A stretch of 32,350 nt of DNA from an uncultured Burkholderiales bacterium (GCA_964502185.1 CAZCVW010000004.1:1-32350); one strand, 5' to 3'. Positions 8,186-15,181 are shown, counted from the stretch's first letter. Translations and numbers: made by a program. Notes: generated from the letters alone by a model not told the origin.

Positions 8186-9325
8186 ATGACTCAGATGGGC
8201 GAAGACGTACACGTTGAAGCGGAGGTTGGTGCCACAGCGGCGGCGGTCCCACGGTGGGGAGCGGCGACGCCACTCGTGATCACGGCTGGCATCTGGATCG
8301 TCTCGCTTCTCACATGGTGGCTACTTGCCGATCCGGACTGGAGTCCCTTTGGTGCGTCGCAGGCGGCCGTCGGCGCCCTACTGTTCTGGACCATCCTGGC
8401 GTTCATCTTCACCGGCTTCACGTTCGGCAACTGGCCGTTCAGCCGGCTTTCGCAGCCACTCGCCGGCGTCGCCCAGGTCGCGTTCGACGTGGCCTTTGCC
8501 TTCTTCGCCGTGTGGCTCTTCACGTTCGTCCTGGGAGCCTGGGACCCGACGTTCTCCCACGCCGCCCCGGGTGGTGCGGGCTTCACGGCGGCCGCCTTCG
8601 TCGTCCTCATCGGCTTCTACGCATACGCCCTCGTGGCCGCCAGTTGGGGCGGCTACCCGTTTGAAAACGTCGGCCAACCAACCGCCGGGGTGGCGCAGTT
8701 TTTCCTGGCTGCATTCATCACGCTCCTCGGCACCGTCGTCCTGATCTACCCCAACTTCAGCGCAGCGCTGGCGGCCGACGCACCCCTCGCGCTCCCGACC
8801 GCCACCGGGTGGGTCTACGAGTCGATCGTCGTCCTACTCCTCGCGGCCATGCTGTGGGACAACTGGCCTTGGGCGATGATCAAGAACCGGCATTTGCGCG
8901 CCTTGGGCGCAGTGGCGGTGAGCCTCGCCGGAGGCTACCTCCTGTTCGTCATCTTCAAGGCCATCGTGAAAGCCGTTGTACCTGAGAGCATCGAGGCCAT
9001 GGACACGTTCGCGGTGGACCTGGAGGCGGCTCAGCTCGGCGTGTGCTTCTCGCTTTGGAGCCTTACCTGGGGCCTGGTGTGGGGAGCGCCGCCCCAGTCG
9101 CTGGGCACCGTCGGAAACCGCTTGGCGCGTACCGCGATCGTGACCGTCTTGTCGGTGGCGACGTACGCGATCTTCATGAACTTCTTTGCCACCAAGGTGC
9201 TTCACTTCGCCGCGCTCGAGGACAGCTACGGCGGGTCCCCGCTCGTCTGGATGGACTGGGTGATCCTCGTGGTGCTCTGGTACGCGGTCGCCTTCGGAGG
9301 CTTCCTGTCGACCCGCCGAGCGTAG
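8186..9325 (+). CDS. Polytopic integral membrane protein of unknown family (candidate substrate transporter)
   Basis: About 10 hydrophobic segments are visible. There is a repeated motif: NWPFSRLSQPLAGVAQVAF, GYPFENVGQPTAGVAQFFL, and a weaker NWPWAMIKNRHLRALGAVAV. I chose the start at ATG 8186 (MTQMGEDV...), and the exact start is uncertain. Confidence 0.6.
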   Translation: MTQMGEDVHVEAEVGATAAAVPRWGAATPLVITAGIWIVSLLTWWLLADPDWSPFGASQAAVGALLFWTILAFIFTGFTFGNWPFSRLSQPLAGVAQVAFDVAFAFFAVWLFTFVLGAWDPTFSHAAPGGAGFTAAAFVVLIGFYAYALVAASWGGYPFENVGQPTAGVAQFFLAAFITLLGTVVLIYPNFSAALAADAPLALPTATGWVYESIVVLLLAAMLWDNWPWAMIKNRHLRALGAVAVSLAGGYLLFVIFKAIVKAVVPESIEAMDTFAVDLEAAQLGVCFSLWSLTWGLVWGAPPQSLGTVGNRLARTAIVTVLSVATYAIFMNFFATKVLHFAALEDSYGGSPLVWMDWVILVVLWYAVAFGGFLSTRRA

Positions 9326-9390
9326 GCCTGACGATTGCCGCATTTGCGGGCTTGACACCGCGGTTGCGCTGTGTGAGATTGCATCCGACT

Positions 9391-9403
9391 TTGGTCTGAC
9401 CAT
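9391..9403. promoter_or_regulatory. Putative FadR/GntR-type operator, copy 3 (TTGGTCTGACCAT)
   Basis: Same dyad, 28 nt upstream of the CoA-ligase TTG start. A TTGACA lies at 9352-9357, followed 17 nt later by GAGATT, which would place the site just downstream of a possible promoter. Confidence 0.5.
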
Positions 9404-9431
9404 TCAAACGCCAACGAGCTGAGGGGGCACC

Positions 9432-10859
9432 TTGGCCTTCACGTCGCCTGAGGAGTGGCCTCCGCCGCCGAGCGGTGCCACGTCTCCTTCGGCCGAGAGC
9501 CCCTATTGGAACCGGACGGTCGAGACGATGGATCCGGCCGATCGTGAGCGACTCATCGTCTGCAAGCTCAAGGCTCAGCTGGACTACTGCTACGAGAACT
9601 CCGGGTTCTACCGGGAGAAATGGGACGCCGTCGGCGTCGATCCGGGCAAGGTCTCGTCGCTCGACGACCTTCGGCGGTTTCCGCTGCTGCGGAAGCAGGA
9701 GCTCCGGACTGAACAGGCGGAACACCCGCCGTTCGGTCGTTACCTCTGTGTCCCCCGGGAAGAGGTACTGCGGATCCACGGAACGTCGGGTACCACCGGG
9801 CGGCCCACCGCCTTCGGTGTGAGCCGGGGCGACTGGCACCGCATTGCCGCCGCTCATGCTCGGATCATGTGGGCCGCCGGCATCCGCCCGTCCGACACCA
9901 TCTTTCTCGGATCGTTCTTCGGCTTGTACTGGGGCGGTTGGGGAGCGCTCATCGGCGGCGAGCGGCTGGGCGCCACCTGCTTCCCCTTCGGCGCCGGAGT
10001 CCCCGGCCAGACCCAGCAGGCGGTGGAGTGGTTGGCCCAGATGCGGCCCACCGCCTTCTACGGCACGCCCTCCTACGCCCTCCGGATCGCCGAGGTGGCC
10101 CGGGAGGCGGGATTTGACCCGGTCGACTTTGGCATCCGCGTCCTGTTCTTCTCAGGGGAACCGGGCGCCGGCATTCCGTCCACCAAGCGATTGATCGAAA
10201 GAAGCTTCGGAGGAGCCTGCATCGACATGGGGTCCATGGCGGAGATGTCACCGTGGATGACCAACGCCGAGTGCAGCGAGCGCAGCGGGATGCACTTGTG
10301 GGACGACATCGTCTACACGGAATTGCTCGATCCCGTGACGGAGGAGCCGGTGAGTCCAGGTGAGGTGGGTGTGCCGGTCTACACGCACCTGGAACGCGAG
10401 TCCCAGCCGATGATCCGGCTGTGGTCGGGTGATCTTTCCAGGTACACGAGCGAACCGTGCGGTTGCGGGCGGACGTACCGGCGGCTTCCCGACGGTCTTT
10501 TCGGACGGGCCGATGACATGCTTGTGATCAGAGGCGAAAACGTCTATCCGGCTGCCATCGAGGAGGCGATCCGGGCGGCCGGCTGCGAGGGTGAATTCCG
10601 GGTGGAGGTCGTCCGGGAGCACGCGATGGACGAGCTGACGGTACGGGCGGAAGCGGTGGCCGGGTGCTCCGAAAGCGATCTCCAACAGGCCGTCCTCAGC
10701 CAGCTCAAGAAGAAGCTCGGTCTCAGGGCCGCGGTGGAGATCGTGCGCGCCGGATCGCTGGAGCGAACAGAGTTCAAGTCTCGGCGTATTTCTGATCGCC
10801 GTGACCTGAGCCAGGAGCTCAAGACCCTGCAGGAAGCCTCGAATGGGACGTCGGCTTGA
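9432..10859 (+). CDS. Phenylacetate-CoA ligase-like (PaaK family) AMP-forming acid-CoA ligase
   Basis: It is collinear with PaaK as I remember it: ETMDPADRERL..., FPLLRKQELR, RIHGTSGTTGRPTAF, GWGALIGGERLGATCFPFG, FYGTPSYALRIAE, FFSGEP, GRADDMLVIRGENVYPAAIEE. The TTG start at 9432 has GAGGGGG 4 nt upstream. Confidence 0.85.
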   Translation: MAFTSPEEWPPPPSGATSPSAESPYWNRTVETMDPADRERLIVCKLKAQLDYCYENSGFYREKWDAVGVDPGKVSSLDDLRRFPLLRKQELRTEQAEHPPFGRYLCVPREEVLRIHGTSGTTGRPTAFGVSRGDWHRIAAAHARIMWAAGIRPSDTIFLGSFFGLYWGGWGALIGGERLGATCFPFGAGVPGQTQQAVEWLAQMRPTAFYGTPSYALRIAEVAREAGFDPVDFGIRVLFFSGEPGAGIPSTKRLIERSFGGACIDMGSMAEMSPWMTNAECSERSGMHLWDDIVYTELLDPVTEEPVSPGEVGVPVYTHLERESQPMIRLWSGDLSRYTSEPCGCGRTYRRLPDGLFGRADDMLVIRGENVYPAAIEEAIRAAGCEGEFRVEVVREHAMDELTVRAEAVAGCSESDLQQAVLSQLKKKLGLRAAVEIVRAGSLERTEFKSRRISDRRDLSQELKTLQEASNGTSA

Positions 10860-10892
10860 GCTTTCCACCGCGCCTGAGCTTTCCACCGCGCC
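10857..10892. repeat. Perfect 18-bp tandem duplication TGAGCTTTCCACCGCGCC x2, beginning with the CoA-ligase stop codon
   Basis: By direct reading, 10857-10874 equals 10875-10892. Each unit begins with an in-frame TGA. Confidence 0.9.
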
Positions 10893-10902
10893 ATGGCGGT
10901 GG
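10883..10902 (+). terminator. Candidate stem-loop after the CoA-ligase gene (CCACCGC-GCCATG-GCGGTGG)
   Basis: It has a 7-bp GC-rich stem and a 6-nt loop, formed partly from the second repeat unit. There is no U-tract, so it is weak as an intrinsic terminator. Confidence 0.3.
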
Positions 10903-11162
10903 GCCGGCCTGTTGGGCGATCGAGGAGGTGACCACATAGAGCATCAGGCGTCAGTGGTTCAACGGCGGGAGTTATAACCTAGAGCGGGAAGATCCAGGAG
11001 TACATTCTGCTGGTGCAGGGCGGCACCACGACATTTCTCGCGCCGGGCGCACGATCGCTTCGCCGTGTGCAGGATCTGCCATGAGACGAATTGCGGATCG
11101 CCGGAACGCCGGGCGGATCCGCGGCGTGGAAGTAGACGATTTTCTGAGGAGGAATGTCTGCG

Positions 11163-12410
11163 ATGAACAAACTCGAACTGATGCCCCTTGAAGAGACTGT
11201 CAAGTGGGCAAAGCACAATTCTTGGTATGTGGCTGACCTGCTGGCGAGGAGGGGCACGGAGGGCGAAAACCCCCTGATCCCGAGGGCCGAGTACGAGATG
11301 CTGTCCTTCCAGACCACCTTCCTGCAGCACCCATGGCTGTACCTCTGGCTAGGGGAGAAGGTGGGGATGGAGGGAATAAGAGCGACCTGCAGCTCAGGCC
11401 ACCGAGAGTTCGGGATCAAGACCATTACCCCGTGCAACATACAGTGGGGCTGTGGGATCGCCTTGTTCGGCAGGTTGTTTCTCATCGATGGCGGCCTTAT
11501 CGGGCCCAACGACTACATCGATAACCTCAGGATCATCTACAGCTTCTGGAGGACCGTGTTCGAGGGCTATATGCGGGAAGGGAAGCCGGCGGTCATGGAC
11601 GTGGGGTACGCCCTGCAAGTGCTCGACCAGGACGTGGTGGAGGACCTGAGTCTGCAGGTGGAACCTCTAGACGACCCGGAGCTGCGGGCCACAGTGGGCC
11701 AGTTCAACTCCTTAATCCAGCTCATGGGCTTCCTGGACCACTATGACTGCCGGCTGGGCCTGGGCGACACCGGCCCCTATGAGGTGGGCGACAGGCTGAT
11801 CCTGGTCAGGGACTGCTTCGTGAACGAGAAGTCGTTCCCATGGACCTTCGTGGTCGGGGACCTGCCGTTCTCCTACAGCCTGGTGTTGACCTACGACAAG
11901 AAGAAGATGATGCGAGACCGCAAGAGCGGCAAGATGAAGATGTTCTCCATATACAACACCGGCACCCTGTTTTGCGACCCCCCTGATTACGAGGATCAGG
12001 CGTTGCTGGAGGTCGCGGTGTACATGAGAGACGAGGATTATCCCAATGGCAAGACAACCAGGATACCGCTGAGCGAGCTGCAGACCCACATCCAGAAACT
12101 GGAGGCGGCCGTGGAGCGGATGTACATGTACCTGGCCATGAAGCCCAAGTTCGACAAGATACTGGAGGGTAATTGGGTCTACGTGGCCGCTTCGCTTCCC
12201 TATGTCCGCGCCCATGACCTCGAGGCGGAGGCGGCCGCGATGGGGTTCTGGGATATGGACCTTAGGAGCATGGAATACTTGCTCAAGGGCTATACCAAGG
12301 CTGGGGAAGTCCAACGGAACGCGACGGCTGGTCTGGGGGCTCCTCCTCCGCAGATGCCCGGGTTCCGCTGCAGGGGGACCAAGGACGGTAGGTACGAGAT
12401 AGTACGTTAA
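11163..12410 (+). CDS. Hypothetical protein, no family recognised (low-GC island gene 1)
   Basis: This is a long ORF in a compositionally distinct stretch. It uses AGG/AGA/ATA codons (CTG GCG AGG AGG; GGA ATA AGA) that are rare in the flanks. GAGGAGGA at 11146-11153 abuts the first ATG (11154) but is well spaced for the second ATG at 11163. Confidence 0.6.
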   Translation: MNKLELMPLEETVKWAKHNSWYVADLLARRGTEGENPLIPRAEYEMLSFQTTFLQHPWLYLWLGEKVGMEGIRATCSSGHREFGIKTITPCNIQWGCGIALFGRLFLIDGGLIGPNDYIDNLRIIYSFWRTVFEGYMREGKPAVMDVGYALQVLDQDVVEDLSLQVEPLDDPELRATVGQFNSLIQLMGFLDHYDCRLGLGDTGPYEVGDRLILVRDCFVNEKSFPWTFVVGDLPFSYSLVLTYDKKKMMRDRKSGKMKMFSIYNTGTLFCDPPDYEDQALLEVAVYMRDEDYPNGKTTRIPLSELQTHIQKLEAAVERMYMYLAMKPKFDKILEGNWVYVAASLPYVRAHDLEAEAAAMGFWDMDLRSMEYLLKGYTKAGEVQRNATAGLGAPPPQMPGFRCRGTKDGRYEIVR

Positions 12411-12450
12411 TGCAAAAGGCCAGCAAGTGGCTAAACGGAAAGGGGCGACA

Positions 12451-12522
12451 ATGGCTGAGCCAGGAATCAAGGAAGAAGGCGAGACAATGGCTGGGCTAAG
12501 AGTCAAGGAAGAAAGCGAGAAG
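12451..12522 (+). repeat. Imperfect 36-bp tandem repeat (2 units, 29/36 identical) at the 5' end of island gene 2
   Basis: Hand alignment of atggctgagccaggaatcaaggaagaaggcgagaca against atggctgggctaagagtcaaggaagaaagcgagaag. Each unit begins with ATG. Confidence 0.8.
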
Positions 12523-12945
12523 AGGTTTCAGTGGTCCCACGAGGAGTGGGAGGTTGACCTGAACCTCAAGACGGCCGATGAGTTTGAGGCGTGGCTCAAC
12601 AAGGAGACCAAGTACTTCATCAGGGCCAACGCCGGCTTCTATGGCCAGTGCGTCATCGTGTGCATAGAGTCTAAGGATGATGAGTTCCTGTGCTACGTGG
12701 ACTACTACAAGGGTAAGTTCCCGCCCTGGTACACCGCCGAGGAGCTGGCGGTGCTGGACATAGACAAGCTTCGCATGGAGCCCGCCGAGATTAAGTGGGA
12801 TAACTGGGAGTGGACGACCTTAAGGAAAGATGACTTTCCGCTGCGTCTGAAGGAGGTCATTTTCCTGTACCCGCCCCAGCAGCCGACCATACCGTGGCTC
12901 TTCCTGTCGCCAGAGGAGAGCGGCTTGGCGACGATGGAGATATAG
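12451..12945 (+). CDS. Hypothetical acidic Trp-rich protein, no family recognised (low-GC island gene 2)
   Basis: The ORF has AAAGGGG 5 nt before ATG 12451. GTG 12427 and ATG 12487 are alternative starts. The N-terminus is an imperfect 36-nt tandem repeat (MAEPGIKEEGET / MAGLRVKEESEK). Confidence 0.55.
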   Translation: MAEPGIKEEGETMAGLRVKEESEKRFQWSHEEWEVDLNLKTADEFEAWLNKETKYFIRANAGFYGQCVIVCIESKDDEFLCYVDYYKGKFPPWYTAEELAVLDIDKLRMEPAEIKWDNWEWTTLRKDDFPLRLKEVIFLYPPQQPTIPWLFLSPEESGLATMEI

Positions 12946-12966
12946 GAAGGAAGAGGCGGAGCACAA

Positions 12967-13446
12967 ATGGATAACGACATCGCAGGGTACAGGTATATCG
13001 GCCAGGGCTACAGTGTGGTGCCCGTGGGGAAGCACGAGGGTATTGCCATGAACGTCACGACGCCACAGGAAATGATAAAGCTGATGTCCAACCCGCAGAA
13101 AATCAAGGAGACCGTGGTGATCACGCCCGGCGGCACCACCACCTTTGTGGCCCCGCTTCTTTACAAGAAGCCGGCCGGCATCGTGACCTATGCCGGGACG
13201 CCGGAGTCTCATTTGGGAATCGTAGGGCGGAACTTTGGTATCGCCATCGTCATGACGCTCAAGCTGGAAGGGATGGACTCCATCCCCGATGGCACACCCG
13301 TGCTGCTCGACTGTGAGGGCAAGCTAGGGCGCGTTTACGTAAAGGCAGAGGCGGGCGCCGAGTCGCAGCAGTCAGCGGATGGGTCGGTCCAGTCGCAGCA
13401 GTCAGCGGATGGGTCGGTCCTGGGGGATGGGTCGGTCCTCGGGTAG
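12967..13446 (+). CDS. Free-standing PEP-utilising-enzyme mobile (phosphohistidine swivel) domain protein
   Basis: GQGYSVVPVGKHEGIAMNV...ETVVITPGGTTTFVAPLLYKKPAGIVTYAGTPESHLGIVGRNFGIAIVMT...DGTPVLLDCEGKLGRVYV follows the swivel-domain pattern (G..G.a.G......ilV...t.P......a.GivT..Gg.tSH.aivaR..giP.v). The conserved His sits in TPESH. There is no ATP-grasp or acceptor domain. The C-terminal tail is repetitive. Confidence 0.8.
   Translation: MDNDIAGYRYIGQGYSVVPVGKHEGIAMNVTTPQEMIKLMSNPQKIKETVVITPGGTTTFVAPLLYKKPAGIVTYAGTPESHLGIVGRNFGIAIVMTLKLEGMDSIPDGTPVLLDCEGKLGRVYVKAEAGAESQQSADGSVQSQQSADGSVLGDGSVLG
13361..13438 (+). repeat. 30-bp perfect tandem repeat x2 plus a partial third unit, in frame at the 3' end of the swivel-domain gene
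   Basis: 13361-13390 equals 13391-13420 (agtcgcagcagtcagcggatgggtcggtcc). ggatgggtcggtcc recurs at 13425-13438. The repeat encodes SQQSADGSV SQQSADGSV LGDGSVLG. Confidence 0.9.
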
Positions 13447-13538
13447 GAATTGCAATGGGGGAAAAGGCTAATGCTGTCTAGTGCGTTGGGGTGATGTGGG
13501 GCGACCTAGCGCGCCGGACAACGTGTTGCGGGGTGACT

Positions 13539-14105
13539 ATGCTGGATGAACATGCATTTTTGGTGTTGAACGCGCTATACCTCAAAAAGATGGCTTCAGT
13601 CGGAGACTTGGCTGAAATTTCGGGCCTGCCTGCCGACCAAGTACGGGCAATGGTGAGCGGCTTCGTGGAGCGAGGTTGGTTGCTGGATATGGGCGGCGAG
13701 CTTCTCATCCAGCCCGAGGGAATGGCGCAGGTGCAAGGCTACTATCGCGAAACCTATTCGGACCTTTCGCAAAGCGAAGAGATGCCGCGATGGCATGCGC
13801 GGTTCGAGCCCATCAACAGTCAATTCATCAAGCTTGTCACCGACTGGCAGCAAACCGGAGGCGATCCCAGAGTCCAGGACCGCGTAATTGCGACGGTCGA
13901 GCGGCTCGTCAAGTTAATCGGCGAGATTACGCAGCTGGTGCCACGGTACGCCGGCTACATTCGCCGGTTCGAACGAAGTGTGACCACAGTCGACCAAGGG
14001 AATCCTGACTTCGTTTGCACTCCGACCGTCGATTCTTTGCACAACATTTGGTTCGAGTTCCACGAGGACATCCTCATGATTCTAGGGAAGGAGCGGACGG
14101 AGTGA
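13539..14105 (+). CDS. Winged-helix-like N-terminal domain protein of unknown family, paralogue A (low-GC copy); partner of the PPDK-like gene
   Basis: It is a paralogue of 14382..15002, sharing RWHARFE/RWMARFE and the near-identical end DSLHNIWFEFHEDILMILGKERTE / DSVHNIWFELHEDILVILGKERLE. The N-terminus LVLNALYLKKMASVGDLAEISGLPADQVRAMVSGFVERGWL looks like a wHTH. I chose the start at ATG 13539 by alignment with the paralogue. Its stop is overlapped by the GTG of the truncated PPDK fragment (GTGA). Confidence 0.65.
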   Translation: MLDEHAFLVLNALYLKKMASVGDLAEISGLPADQVRAMVSGFVERGWLLDMGGELLIQPEGMAQVQGYYRETYSDLSQSEEMPRWHARFEPINSQFIKLVTDWQQTGGDPRVQDRVIATVERLVKLIGEITQLVPRYAGYIRRFERSVTTVDQGNPDFVCTPTVDSLHNIWFEFHEDILMILGKERTE

Positions 14106-14284
14106 CTCCTCGTTCGGCCGGGAGTGTCTCGGCCGACCTGACGTTCGTGCACCGTTTCGAGGACGCTGACCCCTCCCAGCCGGGACTTTTCGGCGGGAAC
14201 GGAGCGGGGCTCGCTCGGATGACCGCCGCCGGCCTGCCCGTGCCCCGGGGGTTTGTCATCACCACCGAAGCGTGTCGTGCCTAT
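14022..14284 (+). repeat. Imperfect direct repeat, copy 1 (about 260 bp; pairs with 14919..15181)
   Basis: Hand alignment of the 3' end of paralogue A plus the following ~180 nt against the 3' end of paralogue B plus the 5' end of the PPDK-like gene. There is one 3-nt indel, and by eye about four-fifths of positions are identical. Confidence 0.8.
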
Positions 14285-14356
14285 AGGGGCGGTTGGCGGA
14301 GCCGTCGAAAGACTGCCCCGCCTCCCGCCCCCGCGCCGGCACCGTCTGCAGGGTAA
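14102..14356 (+). pseudogene. Truncated N-terminal fragment of a pyruvate,phosphate-dikinase-like gene (duplication relic)
   Basis: VTPRSAGSVSADLTFVHRFEDADPSQPGLFGGNGAGLARMTAAGLPVPRGFVITTEACRAY matches residues 1-62 of the intact 846-aa protein. It then diverges into RGGWRSRRKTAPPPAPAPAPSAG*. It begins with the same GTGA overlap with the preceding gene as the intact copy does. Confidence 0.7.
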
Positions 14357-14381
14357 CGACCGAGACGCGGGGGGGAATGAC

Positions 14382-15002
14382 ATGACCGGGGCCGACATTG
14401 AGGACACCAGGTACGCCGTCCTGAGCACGATCGTGTTCAAGAAAATGGCGACGGCGGGGGCGGTGGCCAACGCTACGGCCGTCGACCTCGATACGGTGCG
14501 GGCGGTCCTCGACGACCTGGAGTCGTCCGGAGCGGTGTTCCGGGCCGAGGACCAGGCCTTCCCCACCGAGATCGCCGAGAAGCAGGTCCGGGAGTACGCC
14601 GACAGCCGCTACGGGGCCGTGCGGAGCGACCCGGCCGTCGAGCGCTGGATGGCCCGCTTCGAGACACAGAACCGGCATTTCCTGGAGACTGTCTCGGCCT
14701 GGCAGCAGATCGACGCCGGCGGCAAGAAGGTGGCGAACGACCACACCGATCCGGAGTACGACGCCCATGTCCTCGCCCGCGTCGACGCCACGCTGGCCCG
14801 GATGGGCAAGCTCATCGACGAGCTGGCGACCAAGGTGCCCCGGGTCGCCCGCTACGGGGAGCGGCTGCAGGAGGCCTTCGACAAGGTCGACGCCGGCGAC
14901 CCCCGCTACCTCTCCGATCCGACGATCGACTCGGTGCACAACATCTGGTTCGAGCTTCACGAGGACATCCTCGTCATCCTGGGAAAGGAGCGGCTCGAGT
15001 GA
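14382..15002 (+). CDS. Winged-helix-like N-terminal domain protein of unknown family, paralogue B (high-GC copy); translationally coupled to the PPDK-like gene
   Basis: ATG 14382 follows a GGGGGGA RBS. It is a paralogue of 13539..14105. Its TGA stop (15000-15002) overlaps GTG 14999 of the next gene. Confidence 0.7.
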   Translation: MTGADIEDTRYAVLSTIVFKKMATAGAVANATAVDLDTVRAVLDDLESSGAVFRAEDQAFPTEIAEKQVREYADSRYGAVRSDPAVERWMARFETQNRHFLETVSAWQQIDAGGKKVANDHTDPEYDAHVLARVDATLARMGKLIDELATKVPRVARYGERLQEAFDKVDAGDPRYLSDPTIDSVHNIWFELHEDILVILGKERLE

Positions 15003-15181
15003 CTTCCCGCTCGGCCGGGACTGGCTCGGCCGGCCCGACGCTCGTCTACCGCTTCGAGGACGCCGACGCCTCCCAGCCGGGGCTCTTCGGGGGCAAGGGA
15101 GCGGGGCTCGCCCGGATGACCGCCGCCGGCCTACCGGTACCGCCGGGATTCGTCATCACCACCGAAGCGTGTCGCGCCTTC
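14919..15181 (+). repeat. Imperfect direct repeat, copy 2 (pairs with 14022..14284)
   Basis: See copy 1. This copy spans the paralogue B / PPDK-like gene junction. Confidence 0.8.
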
